Shown here piece after piece: positions 53,265 to 64,000 of a stretch of 64,000 bases of DNA. Position numbers and translations under genes: made by a program. The stretch is from the human T2T-CHM13v2.0 reference genome, Homo sapiens, in the NCBI RefSeq assembly GCF_009914755.1, contig NC_060928.1; one strand, 5' to 3'. Under the pieces are notes generated by a model. That model searched no databases. It was given only the letters and a program-made list of their open reading frames with translations, and was not told where the DNA came from. Numbering within the stretch: the first letter of the stretch is position 1; each line of letters begins with the position of its first letter.

Positions 53265-54110
53265 TTTTCCTTGAGGACCTACTAGATGCCAGGTATTTTT
53301 CTGAGGGTATAGCAGTAAAAGGAATAGGTACAAAGTCCCAGCAATCATGGAGTAGACAGAGTAATGAAAACATTCTATTTTACTATGTACTTATAATAAT
53401 TATTCTATACAGATATAATTACTAATATAAATCAATAAAGGCTATGGAGAAAAATCAGTCTTGGAAAAGGGGTACAGAATGTCATGGGTACAGATTATTT
53501 TGCAGTTATAAATAGAGTATCTAGAAAGATGCTGTCTGAGAAGGTGATATATGAAAAAAGACTTGAAAGAGCTGCGTAAAGGAGGAAGCAGGGAGGTCAG
53601 TGAAGAGGCTGTAGCAACAAGGCGAGTGAGAAAACATAGTGGCTTAAACCAGAATGGAGATAGGAAAGGAGGTCAGAAGTGACTGGACTCTGAATATGGT
53701 CTGAAGAAAGAGCAAAAGGGATTTGAAAGATTCAGTGTGGCATAACAGAGAAAGAGAGGATTCACAAGATTTTAGAAGGCTGAGCCAGAGGAATGATGGC
53801 ATTTTCATAAACTAAGATGAGGCAGAGTCCAGGGATAGCCGGCTTGGTGGGGACAGGAGTGGTGAGAACACTAGGAGCTCCACGGTGAACAGGTTAACTT
53901 TTAAAAATCTATGAGACAGGCAAAGATTAACAATGATTAGGCAGTTGAATATACAAGTCTGAAATTCAGGCAAAGGTCCTGTTGGGAGGTAGAAATTTGG
54001 AATCAGCAATCTAGAGATTTCTAACGTCTTGGTACTAAATGATATCATGAAGAGAATAAGTGCACTAAGGAAAACAAAAAGTCCGAAAACTAAATGCCGG
54101 ATAATATCCA
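53265..54110 (-). mobile_element. L2 fragment
   Basis: AGGCAGTTGAATATACAAGTCTGAAATTCAGG..AGAAATTTGGAATCAGCA. Confidence 0.65.
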
Positions 54111-55174
54111 TGATCTGTGTGCTATATTCACATTGCCAAATGAAAAATTCAGGTTTCAAAGTAATATGTGTAATATTCCATTTGGTTAAAAAGTAATTAG
54201 ACTAAACCCTTACATTATTTCATGTTGGCATATGAATATCAGAACAAGGGGGAAAATGGGAGAGTGCACATGAGGCTATTAACATTGGCTACGCCAAAGG
54301 TTTGGAAGTGGAGCAGTCACTATGGAGAGGGTCATTAACTGCGCCTTTATATATCTTCACTTTCTTGTTTATTTTTGCTTGTCACAGCAGGAAATTAATG
54401 TAGTTTGTAAAACCTCAAATGAAGAACAAAAATATCAGTTTGCTGCACCCCAAAATAGTAATTTCTGACTTCTCTGCAAGTAGGAGGAATAATAACACAA
54501 GTTCTCTGTAAAGTACTGTACAAACACTAAGGCCATATGGGAAGGGTAGAATGGCCTCTTGTGGCTCTGCAGATAAGCAGCATATGAGCCAGAGATTCTG
54601 AGGGGGAAACGCATTGAACATTCGCCTTGAGCAACAGCGCAGCTCCAGGGAAAGGTTCAGCTGTCTTTGGCTGTGGTTCACTGAGCTGTAGAAAAGCAGC
54701 ATCGTCCTGAGATGAAAATTGGGGAATATATACCCATAGGGGCAGGAAGTTTCAAATGGAAAACCTGTGAAGGAGGCAGCAGCAAAAGAAGGTCCCCACA
54801 TGCTAGAATGTAACTGGAGAAATAATCTATATTTATATTGGCTTCAGGAACAATTACCTCATTGAAAACCGATACCAACTACACAGGATATTGGAAGAAA
54901 CCATTGGCTCTGGGCTCAACACTGACTTTTTTCTGTTCTGGCTCTGCCAGTTCATTGTCTCACCTATGACAAGTTGCTATACTTCTTTACTTCTCAGTCT
55001 CCTCATATGAAACAGTATGATAATAATTATGGTGATAACAGGACTTGCTTTATAGGAGTGTTGTGATTAAATAAGACAATAGTTAACTCAATGCCTGGTG
55101 AATAGCAAGCACATAATAAATATCTGCTGTTATTATATTACTACAAATATCTTAGTAAAATTAATTTGATTAAT

Positions 55175-55616
55175 GCTGTGGGTTGAATTGTGTCTGAAGA
55201 CATGTTGAAGTTAGAATCCTCAGGCTCTGTGAGTATGGCCTTATTTGAAAGTAGAATCTTTGCAGATATAATCAAGTTAAGAGAAGGTCATACTAGATTA
55301 AGGTGAGCCTTAAACCAATGGCTGGTGTCCTTGTAAGAAGAGGGAAATTTGGACACAGACACACAGGAAGAAAGTCATGGGAAGACAAAGGTAGATATTG
55401 GAATAATGCAGCTACATGCCAAAGGAGTCTAGCAACCCCAGAAGCTAGGAGAGGGACAGGAAACATACTCTCCCTTGGAGTTCCCAGAAGGAACCAACCC
55501 TGTCAGCACTTTGATTTCAGATTTATAGCCTCTAGAACTGTTAAACAGTAAGTTTATCTTGCTTAAGCTATCAAATTTGTAATAATTTGTTATGGCAGCC
55601 ATAGGACATTAATACA
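55175..55616 (+). mobile_element. MLT1B/C-like solo LTR
   Basis: GGGTTGAATTGTGTC..GCCTTATTTGAAAGTAGAATCTTTGCAGATATAATCAAGTTAAG..TTTGTTATGGCAGCCATAGGACATTAATACA. Confidence 0.85.
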
Positions 55617-57244
55617 GTTAAATATATGAGAACACTTGATGAGCTTTTCGAGCAGTAACTCTGACACCACAGAAACCACTTTGGTCTGAGGATTGATCAG
55701 TCTCATGGATTTGGACAAGCTGATGACTGAACAAAAAGTGGAATATTCCTTCATCCTTTCTATTCAGTGGAGCCTTAGATAGCTTAGTGTATTTCATAAT
55801 AGGTTAAAGAAGACAGAGACTGCCACAGTCCTAACTGGGAAACAAACTCTTCAGATGCATAAGCATTAAATAAACTTCAATGGGACCAAATGAACTGCAT
55901 TGAATACCAACATAGAGCAGGGTTTTATTGGAGTTCACTATTCTCTATTCTAAACAGTTTGCATTTCTTAACCTATTAATTCATATTACAATTCTTTTCA
56001 ATAGGAAGAAAGAGCAGTTGATATTATAGTTTTGTTTACTTGTAGTAAAATGGTATTATGTCATGAACTTTGGAAAGTTTCCAACACACAAACAGATCAC
56101 AAAAATCAAAGAGCCACGTTCCCTTTCTATGATATAGAGCTGTTGTTGGGAAGTAGTTGCCAAGCCAGGGATTATGTTTCCCAACTCCTTTGCATCTAAT
56201 CCAAGTGAGGTCTTGTTTCTGGCCATTGAAATATGAATAAAACTGACATGTGTCAAAGCGGGACCAAGGAATTTACATATATAGTAAACTTTTACCATGT
56301 TCTCTCTTTGCCTTCTTCATGAACTCTAGAAGATGGGCGATGTGTATGGAACATCACAAGCTGGAAGCCTGTATCTCTGAATTATTTGCTACAGTTAGCC
56401 CCAGAAGGGCTGCCCCACAGAAAGAAACATTCCTAAACCATCCTGGGATTCTTTTTTACAGCTTTTGGCCTACTCTTGTTATCATTGTTTTTGCCATCAT
56501 TATAATTATTGTCATATAACTTTCATATTTAAGAAAAAAGGAACGAACACTGGAAACTCCACTGTTATACTGAAGCCATCCCCTAAAAATACTTCACAGA
56601 TTGGAAACTCATTACAACGTGTCTAATGTTTGAAGTTTGGGTCAAGAGAAAAATCTTTTTTAAAGCATTTGTTCATTTTCTTTCCAGGCCGCCTCCAAGT
56701 AAAGTGACTATTTTTCCCAAAGTGCTTGAAAATGATGTTTTTGTTGAAGATTACTGGGTTTCAGATTATGACTTCAAGCTGTAGAGAGAGAGATAAGGAT
56801 GGCAGCTAGACCTGGTTGATCAAGCTCACCCAGCCCTTCTGTCTGGGCAACTAATGAGTCATAAACCATTTGGGGGAAATGTCTACATTACTGAGTGGCT
56901 AAGCAAATGAAAAATCTGTCTTCCTCAAAACCACAATTTTCTCTAAAAGAGAGAAATAGAGAAATTATTAGTCACAGTGTTGGGTACCATTTTGAAGCTG
57001 ATCCTTAAAAGCCAATCATTCCTCTCCTAATTTTAACTGATTGAAGCTGATAAGGTAATATTTCCTCAACATTTCACACTCCATTTTCTCCAAGGTAATA
57101 TCTTGGCTCATATTCGAATAAGTTTTTTTTTCCATGAATCTATCAGCTCGCCATTTGTAGACTCAATATTTGCATCTAAGTCTAGAGAGTTGGAGCAAAG
57201 CACTCAGCACAATTCATTGCATGATTAACTGTAACTACTCTATA

Positions 57245-57392
57245 AAGATTGTTGCCTTTTCTCCTTATCAATTACCATCCACTGTCACAATTACTTAGTT
57301 CTGCCACTGGAACATGACAACAGCCATGGGCAACTTGTAAATGAACAGGCATTGTTAAGTTGCAATAAAACTTTATTTACAAAACAGGCATT
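57245..57392. mobile_element. MER58-like fragment
   Basis: TGCAATAAAACTTTATTTACAAAACAGGC. Confidence 0.6.
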
Positions 57393-58031
57393 CTGAACAG
57401 CATTTCAAAGATAGAGAAAAGCAAGTGCCACAAGCTGAAGGCATTAATGTGTGTGGCATTGGCATGTTCAGAGAAAAGAAAGACCAGCTGACCAAAGATT
57501 AGTGAGCAAGCAGGAAAAGAAGTGTATACTAAGAAGTCCAAGAGATATCAGGAACCAGGTAAAGCAGGGATCTGTAGGCAATGATCTAGCTTTAAGTCTA
57601 CATGTTTTTGATGGATTAGATACACAGTGAGGGAAAGTGATAAATCAAAGCAGATTACTAAATATTTTACTTGACAAACAGGATCACCTATGGTGGGGAA
57701 CAGAGAATTTGGGAAATTGAACTCAAAAATTATATTTTGGACACCGCATGGTAGGCAAACCATTTTTCCTACAAAATGCTGCAATGGCAATTAGTGATTC
57801 ATTTGTTTAGTCTTAAATTCTGGGTCTCATCGTTCTTGGCCTATATCACAGCTTGGTGCCATAGAAGAGTGGACTTTTAGGGAAGACAGAATTGGGTTGA
57901 AATGTCGCCTCTCACAAGGTCTGGCTGTGTGAACCAGGAAAGTCATCCTCTCTGAGCCTCTGTTTCAACATCTGGGATATAAGTTTACTATTGTCCACCT
58001 CAGAGTTATTTTGAAGAAAAGATTTTAATTA

Positions 58032-58213
<182 letters not shown>

Positions 58214-58284
58214 AGAAGACTGTGGCATAAAGTACATGCTCCATAAAAATTGTTTCCCTTCCTTTATTTATTCATTCAGCACAT

Positions 58285-58590
<306 letters not shown>

Positions 58591-58739
58591 TATCTATTGC
58601 ATTTTGTGCTAAGTATATATCTGAGCACTGGTATAAGATGTGAGCAAGACTAACAAATCTTAGTCCTCATAAACCACAGATACAGATCTGTGAATAGATC
58701 TGGATATGGGTGTGGATATGGATGGATATAGATATAGAC

Positions 58740-58952
58740 CATTAGTTCTCAACTAGGGATGGGTTTCCTCCCACGAGGACATTTGACAATGTCTGGGATG
58801 ATTTTTAGTTGTTACACTAGAAGGAAAATCCTATTGGCATCTAGTAGGTAAAGGCCGAGGATGCTGCTAAACTTGCTGCTAAGTACTGAACAGCCCCATC
58901 CACAACAAATGATTATTAAGTTCAAAATGTCAATAACATGTTAAGAATCTGA
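58740..58952. mobile_element. MER20 DNA transposon fossil
   Basis: GGACATTTGACAATGTCTGG..TGGCATCTAGTAGGTAAAGGCCGAGGATGCTGCTAAAC..CAAAATGTCAATA. Confidence 0.8.
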
Positions 58953-58955
58953 TAT

Positions 58956-59010
58956 TGTGTGTGTGTGTGTGTGTGTGTGTGTATGAGACAGAGAGAGAGA
59001 CAGAAAGAGA
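58956..59010. repeat. (GT)n/(GA)n microsatellite
   Basis: Direct reading. Confidence 0.9.
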
Positions 59011-59365
59011 GTTAAAAACTATAAAGAAAAGTACAAAAAACAAAGTAATAGAGTACTATGGGGGCTACTTTATGTACAAATATCAGGTAAGTTTTCCTTG
59101 AAGAGGTAAGCCCTGAATAAAATGAAGGTTCTCTTTGTAATATCTCAGACAAGATTTTTCCAGAGAGAAACTAGGGCTTGTAAACTGTCTCTCATGATAA
59201 GTCTTAAAAAAAAAAAAAAAAGAATAGTCTGGATTCCAGCCATAAATGTGAATTAAGTTTATCATTAATTTTTGCTTTAATCTCCAAGGATTTATGTGGT
59301 TCTTTATTTCTCATACTGTGAGCTATAATGATAAAGACAAGGATATTACAGCTGAATAGACTTAG

Positions 59366-59731
<366 letters not shown>

Positions 59732-60059
59732 TAATATCTTGCAACCCTGGTTTCTTTACCTGGAAAAAAAAGAACTGATAACAGAAAACACATAAAACAT
59801 GGTTGCTTTGAAAACTAAATAAAATAGCCCATGAAAAGCACCTATGTCATTGTCTGACACACAGGAATTCAATAAACAACCATCCTTCTACCCAATTGTC
59901 TTGAGAATGGAGACATTTTGTCTCTTTTAATTACCACTTGTAAGTACGTGAGCCGAAAATCTCAGAATCATTTTTGACTTTTCTCTTTTTTTGAGAAAAG
60001 TCCCCTCTAACATTCTCCCTTTGAATTAGTTCCAAAGTCATACAGATTTAGCCTTCTTG

Positions 60060-61260
60060 GTAAAAGTAGATCAGTTTGGAATTTGACAATTTAGGCCTAC
60101 CAGGAGCTCACCCAGGGAGCTGTCCAGCAGGGAGTTAGAAATCCAGGATAAGAATATTGAAGACAAGCTAATTCCCATGTCAGCATTATAGGAAGCATCC
60201 ACCTTGCAGCAATATTGGAAAGGACAAAATCTTCAAGGAGAGTAAAGATGATTGAACCTTAGGGAAAGATTTCATGTGAAGGAGAATGCCTATCAAGTTG
60301 GTGGGATAACCCAGCCAATGAAGCTTCACAAAAGCCAAAAGAATGTAGGTAGTCAGCAGAATGAGATGTGTCGGAGGGGGATAAGGATAGAATAAAAACC
60401 ACTAGATTTCCTTATTGCAAAGGCACTTCCAACTCTCTAGTTAGCCAGTTTAATAGAGCTGTGTGAATGGAATCCAGATTACAAGGGAATCCATTGGAAC
60501 ATAATGTCATATAGGCCATATATATCTATATGATGTTTTCAAGATGCTCATAGCAAAAGTAAGTAGAGAGAGGGGAAACATCTTAAAAAAGAGGTGGAAT
60601 GGTGACCTAAAGCAGAAGTGAAAGTATTCGTTTGGGCAAGCAGTGGAGGAGGAGCAATGGAAGAGAAGTGGAGATATGGACGAACTATGAGAACTCTCAC
60701 CATATCTCATCTTCTTTTTCCAATGAGGCAGCAGATGAAGATGATCAATGATTAGCAAGCAGCTGAAGAGTTTGGATGGCAATTTAAAAGATATGCAATG
60801 GTTGCTTTGAGAATATGTCAGAACCCTTCAGAGATCAATCAAGGGTTGCTAAGCTGTGGGCAGAGCCTAGCTGAGCTTACAGAGAATCAACTTGTCATGA
60901 ATTTGACTACCACACTGTAGCTATCATCAGCAGCAGTGGTTGGCACAGAGCATAGCAGAAGCCAGTATACCAGAGAGTGGATGACCTGGATTAGTACATT
61001 GAAAGAAAGAATGTAAATTAAGAAGGTTAAAGTTGAAAGGGAAAATATCAAAATGGTAGCAGGCCACAGAGTTGGTCTGCTCTTTACTGTTCGGGTTGAC
61101 TGGGAAGGCATGAGCAAAGAAAAGAATTAAAGGAGGAGGGTAAACTTTAGTCAGTTACTCACCAAACACATTTTACATCTACCATATATGGGCTGTAAGT
61201 GAGGCAAGGCATTTGGGGCCACAACTTTGAGTAGAACACAATCTCTGCCTTTTACAGATC
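60060..61260 (-). mobile_element. Degenerate L2 fragments
   Basis: GTCCAGCAGGGAGTTAGAAATCCAG.., GGAATCCAGATTACAAGGG. Confidence 0.45.
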
Positions 61261-62004
61261 TCTCTGTAAATAGAAAAGAGTACTAATCATGACGTGGGCT
61301 ATCTTAGAGAGCATCCAATTCCAAGGGAAAGAAAGCCTTTGAAAACTCAGTAGGGGATTTGTTATCAGGATAATGATACATTTCATAGAACCAAAGGGCT
61401 GGGAGTACAATTGGTCTTCAGTAAGAATTAGATACTTCCTAGGAAGTTCCAAGGAATCAGAGCATCTACCCTTTCAATTTCTATTTTGAGTCTTATTATC
61501 TCTCGTGTCTTTGAATCTTCTTTACCTGGAGATCTGAAGTCTGGCTTTCTCTACTGTCTTGTATCTTCTTAATGCTGCTTTAGCAATCAATGCTTTACCA
61601 AGTTAAGCACCCAACCAAAAGAGTATATGCATATGTACTAATACATATGTTTATGTATTAGTATATGGGTCACCATATACTAACATCAGATTCTAGGGAG
61701 CCAACATGATTGCTCAACCTTACCAAGAAAGTGTCTCCCTCTGAGTCAGATGTTCACCCTTCACTGAGCTATGCAAGGGTGACAGGATTACCTTGTTCAA
61801 AACATGAGAGAATGTAGATGGGGCAGAGGCTCAAGAGAAAAAGAAACATTCAACAGGTCAGACACTCAGAGGGGAAATGTTGAAACTTTTACTTTTTCTC
61901 AATACAGAACAGCAAAGGCATCAAAAAAAGTATTACACCTGCCAGGTATTAGAGATGTATTACATGCCAAGCAGTAATGTGCTTTAATGAGGTAAAGGCT
62001 CAGC

Positions 62005-62430
62005 CTGAGGTTCTTGGAATTGGAGACTAAGGCAAAGGCTTGCATGGAGAGTTCATTTAGGAATGTGATCCTAGGCAGGAAGAGTGAGGTTGGGACATAA
62101 AATAAGGAAGGAAAAGCCAACTGGCCATCAATCCTGAGAGACATTTGAATGATCCTCATGACATAGTTCTCAAAACTGTCTGCTTGGAGAATAAATGGGT
62201 AGAGCACTTATTCACCTGTTCCTGCCCTCATTAGTCAAAAATTGCCCCACATTGTTACTCTCCTGAAACTTCCAGGTAACACATGCACAGTGCATCCCAA
62301 TCTTCAGCGTCAGAGAAAATACAGGGCAGGAAGAGGGAAGTATTCAGTGCAGGGCTGGATGAGATGCTGTCAGGTTGCACCTGGTGAAATGGGTCCAACC
62401 TGCATAAAACTGTGTTCTGTCTAGAAGTGG
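62005..62430. mobile_element. LTR16-like ERVL LTR
   Basis: GAGACTAAGGCAAAGGCTTGCATGGAGAGTTCATTTAGGAATGTGATCCTAGG. Confidence 0.55.
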
Positions 62431-62611
62431 TTACATAAAAGATAGGGCCAAGAGAATAAGCAGCTGTTTGCAAGTGGATTCCTGGATAAGTAATGTCGAA
62501 ATGTAAACAGAATATGAGATCAGGCTGCCCTTGTCATCTGTACTGGATCTTTCATCAACGGTTTCCTCATATGCTGACCACTTATGAAGCAGGGTGCTGG
62601 AAAGTAGGTGT

Positions 62612-62714
62612 GGGAGAGAGGGATAGAAAGAGGGAGAGGGAGAGGGAAAGGGAGAGGGGGAGAGAGAGGAGGGGAGAGAGAGAGAGAGGGAGAGAGAGAG
62701 AGAGAGACAGAGAC
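62612..62714. repeat. GA-rich simple repeat
   Basis: Direct reading. Confidence 0.9.
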
Positions 62715-64000
62715 TGACCAACCAAAAGGGAAGAAAACAACTATTTACTGATTCTCTATTTGATAGCACACAAATTTTATGCTGAATCACATTCATTTCT
62801 CCAAACAGTGAACAGCTCTTGGATTTAAATATTCAAATCTCCAATTAAAGATAAACAGAATGACACTCAGGTTAGTTGAGTAATGTGTACAAGGTCACAC
62901 AACTATAATTAAAATCTAGGTGAACTCCTCCATGATTTTTCGTCCAAGGTTAGTTAGACACAGTCTCTACCTTCAGGAAGCTTGCATTCCCATAGAAGGG
63001 AAAACAACATGCAGATGTTAGCAGTCACAACGTCCTGCAGGATCATTGACCACTGACCAGGAGAAAGCCAGTACCTAGACTTAGAGTTTTCAAAGATTGG
63101 ATAGATGTGCTTCAAAATAATGATTATGCCTTAATGCTAGATGACTTTAGGAAATCTAGGGTACAAAGCACACCAGACATATATAACTTTGTTTTCCTTT
63201 TTTTGCTACTATAGAACATATTTATTAATATTTTGAACAGGTTCAGCTACCGGTAATTTTAGAAAGGGAAGTGAGGAGGAGAGCACATGTTCACCTGATG
63301 AGCCCAGCTAAGTTGCTGCCAGGCCGGAAACCTTGGCAGAGTGTCCAGATTAGGACCCTGGAGGCAATGAAAACAGCAGAGAACTTAGGACAGAGAGTTC
63401 TGTGTCTGTTAATAGGGCACTTAGTCACTTGCAAGGTTAAAATAGCCTACTGGGATTCTCTGTTTTCATCTAGAAATTTAATATTTGTAACACACTTTTC
63501 ATGTTATTAATAATAAAATAGCTTCTTACTATATTGTCTTCAGAGGATACACAAATGAAAACTATTGGGGCCACTCAGGACTGTAACTATTGCTGGTTTT
63601 TCAGGTGGAGTCATGCCAAAGCAACGTGAATTATGATAAAGCCCAGGGATACTCTGCTGTGTCAGAGCTCACAGTTGAGGTTAGAGAGTATTGCCCCATC
63701 ATGGACCCAACCATCATATTGTGTGATCTTCTCCGGCAAAAGAGTCTGGCAAGGAGCAAAGCAGAAACTAGTAAACTTGAAAAAGAAAGATGCTGGGCAA
63801 GATCATTGGGAAGTTAGGTTGAAGAATCCAATCTGAGCCTTCGTGGCCATACGTGGTTCCATAACTATATGGTGAGATCTATTTGTCAAACACTTTCATT
63901 TCCCTCCATTCCTCCAACTATAAACACATGTATATGCATACACACACACACAGGGATGAACACATTTAAATAACACTGCTGGTGGGAATGTAAATTCATT

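Noticed and set aside
59080-59095. Consensus donor CAG|GTAAGT
   Set aside because: Upstream sequence is repeat or microsatellite with no clear acceptor; isolated motif.

Overview
Primate (very probably human, since AluY copies are present) non-coding genomic DNA: AT-rich, CpG-depleted, no CpG island, and densely tiled with interspersed repeats (Alu, L1, L2, MIR, MaLR/ERVL LTRs, Tigger and hAT DNA-transposon fossils) plus simple repeats. I cannot support any protein-coding gene, RNA gene or processed pseudogene. The supplied ORFs are repeat-derived, low-complexity or chance ORFs, and only the decayed L1 ORF2 pieces resemble real protein. I found no convincing new biological system. The most unusual signals are three short non-tandem local duplications that look like templated insertions: a two-piece chimera at 16714-16897, a 13-bp direct-repeat-flanked copy at 29574-29782, and a pair at 48293/49000. 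Also notable are twin-primed inverted L1s, nested insertions with readable target-site duplications (TSDs), a VNTR that grew out of an Alu TSD, a perfect (GGAA)20 array and a few isolated exon-like or regulatory-like unique segments. Repeat subfamily names come from recalled consensus sequences, not a database search, and old-repeat boundaries are approximate.
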